A stretch of 63,145 nucleotides of DNA, the filler included, from Folioceros fuciformis (taxonomy: Eukaryota), in NCBI GenBank assembly GCA_049999805.1. It is 4 parts of 3 records of this genome, joined end to end, with 100 filler letters (N's around TTAATTAATTAA, not from the genome) between each part and the next. Parts side by side here need not be neighbours in the genome. Positions count along the whole stretch, not along the records: positions 1 to 28,359 come from JBNGIO010006258.1; 3 more parts are not named here. The stretch is one strand, 5' to 3'. The notes beneath the pieces are model-generated. The model worked only from the letters and a program-made list of their open reading frames with translations. It was not told the origin of the DNA and ran no database searches. Of this stretch, positions 1 through 11,547 are shown in pieces. How positions within the stretch are numbered: the first letter of the stretch is position 1; every line of letters starts with the position of its first letter. A program made the position numbers and the translations under genes.

Positions 1-1622
1 AGCCTTCTCCCTGTCCAGGACCCACTGCTTCTCCTCCAGCAGTTGCCGCGCCCTCTCCGACTCCGCCAGTTGCCTCCTTGCTTCAGCCTCTCGCTCACGA
101 GCCTTCTCCTCCTTTCCCTGAGCCTCGGCCTCTCGCTCCGCTTGTACACTTAACCAGGTCAGGGCCCTAGCAGCCTGATCCAAGAGGTCTGCTTGGGCTT
201 GCACCATCGCAGCAGTCAGCCCAGGTACGTCCACCTCCTGCACCCCTCCGGTGCCCATTCCTCTCACCGTGATTTGTCTGCCGAGGAATTCTCGCAACTT
301 GTCCAGGTCTCCCACCTACAACCTGTCTCTCTGAGGCCTGCACATGAAAATGTTCTTTCACCTTGACAAACCCTCCTGTGCTGAAATGTGCCCTAACTTA
401 TCCTCCTGTTTGGAGGAAACTGTGTCGGCTGCCATCACCTGATCCTGTGGCTCCTCGGGTCTTGTCTCACCCTGACCTTGCTCCTCCAACCTTCGGTCCT
501 TGATTCCCTAGACAGCTGGTTCTCGTTCTGCCTCCTGCTAGCCCATATGCTCCAGGGCTATCCCCCTTCCTCCTTATCAGCCCCCATGCTCACACTTTGT
601 CCTCTAGTCCTTTTCCTCTTGGCAAGAGTCTTCTTTTGTGGCGCAATCCTCTTCCTCGGCTTGATTGGGGTTTCCTCCTGCGAGCTATTCCCACTGTCAG
701 CTTCCCAACTGCTGGAGGCAGCCCTTGCTGGCTCAGCGGGCTTCCACTTCACATCGCGAACTGGCTTCCACAGGTGCAGCGAGGCCAACATTTCTAGCTC
801 AGTGACCAGGTTAGCGTAATTGTACACATGGATTAGAAACGGGGAAATCATAGAAGGTTTAGGGGTGGGTTGGATCAGGTTCTGCCTCTTCTCATCCATC
901 CGGGCATATAAAATCCTCCCCCACTCGATCCTGGTGCCCTTCACTACTTCATGCACAAACATGAGCATCTGGTCGGACAGATAATCCTGTTTGCGTACCT
1001 GGAAGAAGCTCAGGAACTCCCAATAGCTGGGGAGTTGCTATGTCGCGCACCAGCCACCCGTTCGCTTCCTTTCTCATTTCTGCCTAGAGCAGCGTTTCCG
1101 CGGCTCCCGTTCCGCCACGCTTCTTGAAGGACTCCAGCACCAGTCCCCCTTCCTCCTGCTGGTCCCGTAGACCCTCCTGATCAACTCCAGGTTCCATTCC
1201 TAGGGTTTGCCTCTGATCCCCTCCTTGCGTACAGGCTCTATCAGCCTCAGGGCGCACTCCCTGACCAGTTGGGGTGCTGCATGGTTCCACTTCTGGGTCA
1301 TAAAGTTCAGACCTAGCTCTGCCACCAACTTTCCTGCCCTGACCCTCCAGTGCTCCATATTGGGCCACATGAGTAGGTCGATTCGGGGGACAGGAGGTCC
1401 CCCTCCTGTCTAGAGGCTGCTGCTCCAGGGATCAGTTCAGGCCATGACCTCATCCGGCCTGTCCTCCTCCCCTCACGCTCGGGCTCGGAACTCTTCTGTC
1501 CTGGTCGCGCTCTGGCTCTTCCTCTGTTCGCCCAGCTCTCTCCACCGCTCGCGCCTTGGAGGTCTCCCACTCCCCTGTGCCTGCTCAACCCTCACGCCCT
1601 ACGTCGTCTGCCTCGTCGTCAT
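1..1622 (-). pseudogene. Degenerate retrotransposon-associated accessory ORF with coiled-coil C-terminal part, running off the window start
   Basis: Reading from ATG 1622 gives protein-like text through several TAG/TGA stops and a frameshift (PRIDLLMWPNMEHWRV...; FVHEVVKGTRIEWGRILYARMDEK...SPFLIHVYNY). It ends in an E/R/A-rich coiled-coil stretch at 1-160. Confidence 0.45.
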
Positions 1623-1884
1623 GGCGCTTTCTCCTCCTTCAGCCGCTTCACGCTTCAAGTTACTCCCGCCCCCCGCGCTTTCGGATGCTGGACAGAGCTC
1701 CCCTTTTGCTAGGGTTTTTATGCCCTGCCTACTTTCTCTCCTTACCGCCCGTCGGGCTACCACCAGTCGTCCCTCCGACGACGGTTGCCCTGCCGGCTAC
1801 CGTCGCCCCGTCACCTCAGGCCCTTACTTTTGCCTAAGTCCACAACTAGCCTGTTCCCTAATCATTTCTATTTCCTTATTTCTC

Positions 1885-1901
1885 AAAAAAGGGGGGAGGG
1901 G
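1885..1901 (+). other. Polypurine tract, possibly preceding a decayed 3' LTR
   Basis: AAAAAAGGGGGGAGGGG lies just beyond the start of the antisense ORF. LTR limits could not be resolved. Confidence 0.3.
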
Positions 1902-3801
1902 TAGCATATATAGAGACCTAAGGGGTCCCAAACCACCAAAGGCTAAGGACATACCCCACTCACCTACCTACAGACCTGGTCCTTAATGTTCTCAATGACC
2001 CGAGGGCAAAGGAGGCACTCGCTCATTCCCCCTCATTGTCCCGGTCTCCAGTACACCCCAAACCCCGAAGCCCAAGGGGGACTTTGGATATAAACACCCT
2101 GGTCTTATTCACCTACAAAGCCGATTCGCCTGTCCCTTCACAAAAAAAATCACAACCTGCTCATTCTGTCGCTCAAAATGGGGGTTCCGAAAGTTTATTT
2201 CGTTCACAATGAGTAAGGAGGAGAAGGGTGAAGGAGTGAGTGTGTGAGAAGAAGACTGACTGGATGTAAGCTGAGCAGAGGGGGACGAATCCGCCCGCTG
2301 CGCGGAGTGGAGGGAGAGTTTGTCCTTTCCTTATTTCTTGAACCGTTAGTTGCACAAGAGTGAGTTGGGAGACGAAGGAGGACCTTGGAAGGGTGCTGAA
2401 AGATTGCTGAGATTGTTGAACCCTGGAAGATTGCCAGAAATTGCTAGATGATTGAGAAAGAGCGCTGAAGGATGGATGTGATTTCTGGAGAATTTCGGAG
2501 AGATTTCCGAATGTTTGTGGGAGACTGTGGGAGATTGTTGAAGCTTGTGAGGGATTGTGAAGGATTTGCTGAGATCGTGGGTGCTCTTGAAAGATTAAAG
2601 ACCCTTGGAGGCAGGCCTGTGGGGAATAAGTGTACACCAGAGTTCTGGTGTGTCTTGTATGTGTGGAGGGTGTTGCATGTGTGTGTGTGTGGGGAGTGTG
2701 GCAGATTCGCAGGGCCCTGTCCCCCAAGGATTAGCACTTGCATGTGTGTGGAGCATCCAATAAAACCAGAAATGTGAGTCTGGAAACCCCTGAACAGAAC
2801 CCCGAAGTGGAAACCCATGGTGGCGCAGGCACCAGGGAAACATAGTTAGGGTCTTAGGTGGGCCCCACCACGGTCATGGAACCCACTATTGGTCGTGGGG
2901 GCTACTAGTGGTTGCCCGCGGTTGCGGAAACCACGACAGCGGGTGTTGTATCGAAACCAGAGTCGTAGAGTGGATAGTGGTAGGGTGTAGTCGGTGGTAG
3001 AATTGGTGGTAGATGAGGCCTGACCTAGGCAGGAGTCAATATTGGAAGAAACCTGTGTTACTTGGCAGAAATCATTCCCTTGGGATCGAATCCCATGGTT
3101 AGAACGACATAGAGGGTTTGTGTGTGCCTCGCGGTGTCCTTGGGCACAACATTTAACTCCACAGCAAGTTGAGAGAAAATGCAGCAAGAGGGTAAAAGAT
3201 AGCTTCACGATTGAACACCAAATAAGCCACATCAACAACTAGGGTGCACTTACAAGTTCTCAACAAATGGAACGTGACTGAAGCTGCAACAATTGTGCAA
3301 CAAGTCAACCTACACCATCTTCCACAAAACCACTACAAGCAGAAATCTTTGGTGCTCCAAGAGTAGTCTCAGGCTGTATTCCCAACCTTCTTGAAGCGTT
3401 GTGTGCAAATAACAGAAATGATTGTTAACAAAGTCACGACATTTATGGTCATCAATAGAAAGGGGCCAGGCATGCCAACCTTCGTGTTTGACAACTCTTG
3501 CAAGCTGAGAGACAATGCACAAAGAGGGCAAAAGACAACTTCACAATTGAACACTGAACAAGCCACAACAGCAACTAGGGTTGTACTTACAAGTTCACAA
3601 CACAATCATCGTAATTGAAGCTACAACAAGGCAACCTAAACCATCTTCGACAAAACCTCTATAGACTAACATCTCTAGTGCTATCAAGGCAGTCTACCAA
3701 CACCAGCTTTAACACAACCACTAGAGTAGAACATCTCTGGTGCTGCAAGGGCGGTGCCTTTAACCTTCCTATACCTGCATGTCGGTATGCCACATACATC
3801 T

Positions 3802-4482
3802 TTAAAGTAGGCGATCTCTAACATGAGAGGCAACCTCGACTTTTACTATACACTCATGCATGTTTTCCCTTAGATTTTGCAGACTGCCTTCTAGTGACTC
3901 CACCAATCCAAGACTGTTGTGTAGAGCATGCACTACGTCCACTAGCCTGTTAGTGACATTGTCTTCATTAGTGCCTCCTTCTACTGCGCGTTGGCCTTGT
4001 GTTCCCCGGAAGGCACCTTGTCGTGGACGCACAAGCATGTTATCCTCCTCCTCTGTAGACGAGCACAGCTGAGAATAAGACAATTCTCGTCGGCGCTTGC
4101 ACACCCTTCTCGTTGGTGGCACGCTCGACCTTGAATTGCGATTCGCATCACCACCTCGTCGTGCACCTTGCCTTGCACCATTACGTAGAGTGCCTCGGGG
4201 ACCTCCTTTGCCACCTCTTTTATGTCTAGCAATACTCGTCTCCACTGCATTTAGCTCCATTTGAAGAACACGGCGTTCCTCCCCCCTACATCTAGGTCTG
4301 GCAAGCCTTCTGCTCAATTGTTGCTTCCGAATGACATCGAGGTACCTCCAGCGGTGGAATTGGCCATTTTCATCATACTCAGCTTTCCGTAGCCTATCCC
4401 CGACAACCCAATTCCATGTGCCTGCTGCGATGCTGGCCATGATCTCTAGGGTTGGTGTCATGCAATGGCCGCGTAGCTGCAT
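3802..4482 (-). CDS. Hypothetical 226-aa basic protein, probably transposon-associated
   Basis: ATG-initiated open frame with an Arg-rich middle and heptad-like C-terminus. No family recognised. Confidence 0.25.
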   Translation of the reverse strand: MQLRGHCMTPTLEIMASIAAGTWNWVVGDRLRKAEYDENGQFHRWRYLDVIRKQQLSRRLARPRCRGEERRVLQMELNAVETSIARHKRGGKGGPRGTLRNGARQGARRGGDANRNSRSSVPPTRRVCKRRRELSYSQLCSSTEEEDNMLVRPRQGAFRGTQGQRAVEGGTNEDNVTNRLVDVVHALHNSLGLVESLEGSLQNLRENMHECIVKVEVASHVRDRLL

Positions 4483-5319
4483 GCTGGCTAGTCTAACCTA
4501 CACGAGCACTCAACTGCAGCAAGCAAAAATCAATCCTTGACCTTTGACCAAAAGAACTACAAAGTTCTTAGCTTATCGCTAAGGAACAAGGGCAAAGGGA
4601 AGCATAAGTGGCCTTTAGGCTGCGAACAAGTGAAATCAAGTTGGTTGCCTTAGGCTCCCACTTGATAATGTGGTTCCCAAAGGTCAAAAGGGAGAAACAA
4701 GACAAGCTACAAGGACGAAGTATGGCTGCCTCTCCATTCATACAAACATGTTTAATTTAATAATCCATAGCAAGGTAGACTTCATGTATAGACCACAACC
4801 CCAAGAACTCTCGATGAAGTGCGTCTTCAAACCCATGGTAGGAACTTTATGTCTATTTAGAATCACATACATCACATGTCAACCATCCATCATGCATACG
4901 TACGCCATGTGCAGGTCATCCATGGGCAATGCACATGTCACATTACATGCACTTTTGCATCCAAATCACATGCTTATGCCAAGTGGTATGCCAACAGTCA
5001 AGTATCAATTTCTTATCAACCTCGTTTGTTCAATTCACAACAACAGTATGTCCAATTCACAACAACAGTATGACATAGGCTCTCATGCCACTGTAGCCTC
5101 ATCATGCGCCGGGCATATGCAAAAGGGGTTAATAGCCAAGGTTAGTAGGTGGCTGGAAAGGTAATAGGGTTGCTGGCTTGTGTTCGTTTACGAAAAGTGC
5201 GGTGGGACAAAAAAAACAGTGGCATTGTTCAAGGAGCTACAACTACAAATTGAAAAAGCTTGTTTTGAACTTCATGTCTGGCCTTCGAGGAAGGATGTGC
5301 CCCCCGCCCATAAGGGAGG

Positions 5320-5423
5320 GTACGGATTGGGGAAACGACAATGTATTGCCTATTGTAGGCTCCAGTNNNNNNNNNNGTACGGATTGGGGAAACGACAATG
5401 TATTGCCTATTGTAGGCTCCAGT
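5320..5423. other. Assembly gap (10 N) flanked by an identical ~47-bp overlap
   Basis: GTACGGATTGGGG...GGCTCCAGT occurs on both sides of N 5367-5376. Confidence 0.85.
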
Positions 5424-5861
5424 AGTAATGCTATGCTATGTTGAGCTTTCCCAACTCCTTTTGAGAGCGTTGAATAAAGTAATGTTTATAGTCTACCTAC
5501 GTCGTAGACAAATAGCGGCAGAATGGGTTGATGTAATTAGGTGAGGACCTTCTTGTGTGGCGAGGGCTAGTCTGTGGTGGCACAAGAAGTCGAGTATGCG
5601 TCCTATCATAGACCTCGATATCTCAAACATGTAATAATAGTTACGCTTACTATCATTTGATTGACCCGTCTTACCATGTTGAGCACATGTACAGGGTTCA
5701 CATATCAAGGGACTGTCATTATGCTTGGTCTCACAATATTGCTAGGCACATTATTAGCTTTGCTGCAAACGCGCATCCATGTGCCAAGTAAATGTAGTCC
5801 TTATATGTATGTGTGTGTGCAATGATTGGTTGCATTGGGAAATGGTGTTGCAGTGGTAGCA

Positions 5862-5981
5862 AAGAATTTTTGGGTGGCTAGCATGGATGGCAATATAGCC
5901 TGAGAAGTTTTGGGTGGCTAGCATCGATGGCAATATAGCCATAGAAGTTTTGGGTGGCTAGCATTGATAGCAATATAGCCC
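5862..5981. repeat. Tandem repeat, ~40-bp unit x3
   Basis: AAGTTTTGGGTGGCTAGCAT(G/C/T)GAT(G/A)GCAATATAGCC repeated three times. Confidence 0.85.
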
Positions 5982-7039
5982 TCACAACCATATGTGGACG
6001 CTGTCGCACCTCCCAAATCCGTGCCCAATGCAAGCCAATTGCTTATAGGGAGATGGAGGCACACATTATAGGTTGGGCCATAGAGAGATGAGCGCGCCGA
6101 CGTTGATAGTGGCATGTGATGCTTCCTCTGTGAGTCCATAGTCGCGAGTGACATGTGTGCACATCTTTCTGTGCCTGTAGTAAGGGGAATGGCAACTAAA
6201 AGCCACGACCGGCAAGCATGAAAGGGTATGGATATGACCAAGAGGGTGAACATTTGCTGCTACTTGCATCCAACGATGGGTAAGATTGGGTTCATGGCAT
6301 GAGAAGGTCCAATGTCTATGTTCGCATCTTACGGTTCCTCTGGTTTGCAAAACATAGAGTGTGTGGGTAATGGCAAAGAGCATTGTGGGAGCCCATATGA
6401 TCCATCCTCTGAATCGAGCCATTGCTACACCAATAGACCATATTCACAGACGGGAGCAGCAAGTGGGCACATAGCCATGTTGCCATTGTTTGCTGTGTGC
6501 TCGGTGATAGGCCATGGTGGTAAAGCAAACCTGGAGGAGGGATCGGTGTGTTCGGGGACCTTGTCCGTCGACCATGTTAAGGACGAGGCTGGGAAGTTGA
6601 ACAAGGCATTGGGTGTGGCGTGTTTGCCTACAGCCGGCAATGGACATGCTGGAACAGGTGGGAAGGAGAAACTACTATGGTGGCAAGTGAGGAGGATAAG
6701 AGGAAGTAGTTGATGGATATAACCAACCCATGGCACATCCATTCCCTTCATACGACATTCATGCCCACCATGAGGGCCGAGCTGGAACACTGGAGGCAAG
6801 TGTGCAACATGCATCAAATGTGGTGAATGAGGGGCCGAATAGGGACATGCTGGATCATGTATCGGCTATGTATATGGGGTTGGTGTAGCCACCCCCATAT
6901 TCTGCAATGGAGGGTGATGGAGAGGAGTACGATGTCAGTGGCCCACAATAAGCTTAGAACTTGGCTTTAGAGATGCCCCCACCGAAGAGGATGGACCTGC
7001 GGGATAGGGTGAGCAATTGCAATAGTGATTGCGTGGCTA

Positions 7040-7522
7040 CAATGTGTGCTGGGTTTTTGTTATTGCCTTCCACATTGCACTGGTTGACTCTGACGTGGAG
7101 ACCCTTATAGGACAAGGTGCAGGGCTGCAGGCTTGGTTTCATGTAGATTTTCTATTGACTTGTGTAATGCCTTCTATCTAGGAGTTGATATTGTTGCTGC
7201 ACATAGTACTGGAGATGGCCAGCTTACCTTGTGGGTGAAGTTGGTGGTAGCACATTAGTCTTTCAAAATGTAGCTGGCTGCAATGTGTGTTGTGCTAGGT
7301 TTTTGTTACTGCCTTCCACATTGCACTGGTTGGCTCTAACGTGGAGACCCTTATAGGACGAGGTGCAGGGCTGGAGGCTTGGTTTCATGTAGATTTTCTA
7401 GTGACTTGTGTAATGCCTTCCATCTAGGAGTTGATATTGTTGCTGCACATAGTACTGGATATGGCCAGGTTATCTTGTGGGTGAAGTTGGTGGTAGCACA
7501 TTAGTCTTCTAGAATGTAGCTG
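7040..7522. repeat. Tandem duplication, ~240-bp unit x2
   Basis: TTTTTGTTA.TGCCTTCCACATTGCACTGG...GGTAGCACATTAGTCTT appears twice with scattered substitutions. Confidence 0.85.
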
Positions 7523-8817
7523 CAGAATATAGGTGTAGACTACATTCGCCAATTGTAGTTGTACATTGAGTGTGCTTGCAAATTGCAATTGCACACAACA
7601 TAGTTAGAGCGTAAAGGCATATTGTATTTTCTAATTTTGGGTGGTGCTTGAAGTTTAATGATGTAGTTGCAGATTGTGCTAGAGAATTATGGGTGCACAC
7701 TATGGGTGCATCTTGTGTATGCGCATTGTGGTTGGTGATTGTGGTTGCAACATGTGGTTGCACACTATGGTCATGGGTTCAGCATGGATGTTGCTGTTCT
7801 CATTGCAAGTGCACCTATTGATTACTCACCTAGCTTCTGTAGTTTGAATAGGCATTGTAGGTTAGTATATTGAATGTGCACAAGAGTAGTTGCACATTGT
7901 AAACCCAAGTTCTAGTTGGAGAGTGTAATTACCAATAATGGTTGTAGATGCAGTTGCAGAGTGTGGGAAAGAATCGTGGTTGCAGATTGCGATGTGGACT
8001 TATACCAATGCGGGTAGGTTTGTGAATGTCTAGAAATTCGGATTGCATGAGGAGGGGCAAAACATTCTATGAAAGAGCCCTTGAGTGTATCCGCATTCCA
8101 TAAGGTACTCTATGAGGCACTCACAAACAAAATCCAGCATTAGGTTATACCATAGCTCATTCTTACCAGATGTGCTATAGCAAATGAGACTAATAAATAC
8201 AATACTGAAATAAATTACTTTATTATGTATGATGCATGTATGTAGTTCAAACCCTTCCAATGAGCTACTTACATTGCAAAGATGATCCTGTCTGTCCGGT
8301 GTGAAGTTGCATGAACATTCTTAAAAAAGAAAACGTACGTGATGAGTAGGGAGAAGGGCTGCAGGGAGAAGGGCTGCATATCACGGACCGAAGGATTTAG
8401 GGTACCCTAAACCCTAAGCTCCATTTGCTCCATTCGATGTCAGTCCTAAATTTTCGTAGAGTGGGACCATCATTTTTGTTTGTGTGCTCACTATTTGTCC
8501 CATGTTCATGTGACCATATGGGTTTCGTAAAGTGGGACCATCGTTTCTGTTTCAGCCCACTATTTGTGCCATGTTTATGTGACCATACGGGAGCCGTTGG
8601 GCTTTACATGTAGGGAAGAGGAAGAGAAAGAGGCCCATGTGGAATATAATGGGTGATGCTTAACAAAGACCTAAAGTTAACAGGAATAGAGCCTTCGCAC
8701 ATATAACAAGTGCAACACTATTAATAGCACCCCGCACGTTTCGCTACGTCTCCGTCCGGTACCCGCTATACACGGAGCTTTTACGGACGAAGGCTAACCT
8801 CAATGTAAGTAGCCCTC

Positions 8818-8925
8818 GAGACTACTTCATTATGTAGTTCAGATCAGCCGTGCGAGACTAGTTTATTGTATACTTCAGACCAGCCGTACGAGACTACTTT
8901 ATTATGTAGTTCAGACCAGCCGTGG
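8818..8925. repeat. 36-bp tandem repeat x3 downstream of the desaturase stop codon
   Basis: GAGACTACTT(C/T)ATTATGTAGTTCAGA(T/C)CAGCCGT.. repeated head to tail. Confidence 0.8.
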
Positions 8926-8989
8926 GTTGCAGTACTATTCCGGAACCGACCGGACAAGCTACCCACTATCTAGACAAAAAAGCCAAACT

Positions 8990-10473
8990 TCAAATCAGTT
9001 TCACCTCCCTGTTGAAAATCCAACTGAAGTTGGCTGTCCTGGAGCCCTTCCTGGCTTTCAGGACTTGATCACGCTCGGCCAGCTTTCGGATTCGAGGAGG
9101 CAGCTTACAAAGAAAATCCTGAGCTTGCTGAGCCTCACTTGACAAGCCTACTCGTTCCTCTACCCGCCATTTCTTTATCAGATGTTCCAGGATGTCGGCG
9201 TAGTCCGTGGCAGTGTAGACCCCGGTTCTCTGCGCTACTAGGGAGAAGTCTTCGAACAGAGTGCGGCTGTTGCCGTCGTACATGTTATGTGCTGGCATGG
9301 TGATCTTCTTCCGCATCATGTCCCCGAATGCGCACATTGCACCGCTGGGGTCCACATCAAATAGTTTGTCCACAATCTTAGTATAGGCAACCTCATGGCG
9401 CCTCTCATCAGCAGCTATAATTCCGCAAATGACTGCCAGCTTCCCATCGCCGTACTCTTTAGCATGTCTTGCTGTATTGCCATGGGAAATGAAGGTGGCT
9501 CGTTCCTGGAAGGAAGTGTAGACGAAACCTAGGTAGGGATTGTTTTCCGTCTGTGGATCCTGCAAAACAAAACCAGCTCAAGAGAGTGAGCAGCACGCAA
9601 CAGCAGCCGTGGAATGAAAGGGAGACGTCAGGCATGCGAAATCCGAAATCCGATGACAAGCCCTCTTACCATGCCAGATCCGATTAGGTACTGCGTCGTC
9701 TTCTCCACTTGTCTCATGTCTACACGGCCGGTGAGATAGAGGTACTTGTTGAGCAAGTCCCCATGCCTGTTCTCCTCTGCCGTCCAGCTCCGCGTCCACA
9801 GTCCCCAAGGCGTTGAGCTCGAGCCTGTCTCGTCTCTCACCCCGTCCAGCGTATTCAGCATAGTCTGGTACGTGGGCAGGGCCTCCTCCGTGATGGTGTC
9901 ACCTACGAGACAAATCAGGTATTCGTCCGGCAAGTGCGATGCCCGCTCCCGCAGTTCCCGCACTTCATCCAGGAACGTGTGTGAGGAAGGATCCGGCAGG
10001 TGATCTTGCGGCTGCCAGCTCTTCTCCACGGGCTTTAGCTGCGGCAGGAGCTCTTCCTCGGCCCACGGCTCCAGAGACCGGAATATTTCCAACTTCTCCT
10101 GAGGCATGGAGTGTAGCACCTGCTTCGTCCGGTCCGCCGGAGCCAGGCCCTCCCGGGCCGATTTGTTAGGCACATCGCTCGTCTCCGTCCTGCAAATGAC
10201 GGCTGCAGAGATCAACACACAATAGCAGAAAAGAGGACCGTCACAGCACAGTAGCACACTAGACCATACAACACTCCCGCTGTTGAATTGCTCTCACCTG
10301 GTAGGTATGGCCGTGGTGGCCACAACCTTGGCCCCGCTCGCAGCCTTGAACCGCAGCCGAGGACCCTGCAGCACCACGCCGACTCGCGTCCCGAACGCGG
10401 CCGAGGATCCCGAACGGAGACCGGCCTCCAGGCATGGCTGCGCCTGCAACACGACAGTCCCCGCCATTGCCAT
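8990..10473 (-). CDS. SAD: Plastid stearoyl-ACP delta-9 desaturase; exons 10473-10298, 10189-9670, 9559-8990
   Basis: Motifs [50 protein letters not shown] and DERRHE (di-iron ligands). Exon 1 resembles a transit peptide; the GT-AG introns keep frame. Confidence 0.97.
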
Positions 10474-11547
10474 CGACTGCTCCCCGGCCAGAGCCAGGAC
10501 TCGACGTTCTATCGTTACGGAGAGTGGCCAAACTCAATGCGCAACCTGCTATCCCACAGAACGAATTGCATGAAGCCTGCTTTGCGACAGAACTATCTTT
10601 GTAGCTCGAGAAGTACGTAGAATGCTGTGCGCAACTTCAGACATTCAGAAAACTATCTGTGGACGGAAAAAACATAGAGGCTCTTGCTCTTGTGCGCAAG
10701 TATCTTATGGTTCTCTTGCATTGGGAGGAGCCTGTACTGATTCCCAAAGCGCGGAGGTTCCAGTGCAGTGAACGTTTCATTTTATTATTTCTGGACGCTT
10801 GCAACATGGACTGCCTTGGTCGCTGGTCAAGAAGGTCGTTCTTTTTACGGTACTTTGTTTGTCCAAGTATGACCTCGCCAGCAGATGAAACTTTTAGACT
10901 TTTCGGGAAGCATGAGGCAACCTCGATAACCTTCAATTCGAAAACGCCTTGATAGGAATGTGCTTGTTGGTAGGTTGGCAGGCACATGGGAGATTACATG
11001 GAGTTGGACACCGTCGTCTTCTGGCCAGGGTAGTTGCAGCTCGAAGGCAGTGCTGTGCTGCCAAGAATTGAGGCAGCAAGAAATGGGGGCTAATAATGGG
11101 GTGTTGGTCATCTACTCCCAACCGTGCAATACTAGTCAGCATCAACATGCTGGTCGAAAATGGCTGCAAAGGATTTGCAAGCAGAAAGCCTGACACTGCT
11201 GGACTGCATATGTTTCCGTGGTATATCTTCCAGACCAGCGACGGCTTGTTGAGGTTTCTGTGACTGGAATCCAGGTTGCCTCCACGCTATAAGAATATGT
11301 TGCGTAAATGTTTCCTTCAAGCAGTCATCGTCGGATCTAAGCAGGGGGAGGCACCGATGCTGAGAGGAGGAGAGGCATTTCACATCACCTGGCCATCTTC
11401 TGCACTTTGCAGACACGCAGACACGAAATGCCCGTTTTTCGGGCGGGTGTAGGGCATGCCTTACGACATTGCCACAAACCTCGAGCTCCGTTTGCTAGAG
11501 ACTTGTGGCAGCCATGGAACACAATGCTTGACGGCTCTAAGCTCTGA

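Noticed and set aside
5320-5423. 47-bp direct repeat
   Set aside because: It flanks a 10-N gap and looks like an unmerged contig overlap.
8395-8420. TTTAGGG/CCCTAAA motifs as an interstitial telomere
   Set aside because: Only two or three units; such short telo-boxes are common.
8818-8925. 36-bp repeats as a CRISPR
   Set aside because: Units are contiguous with no spacers.
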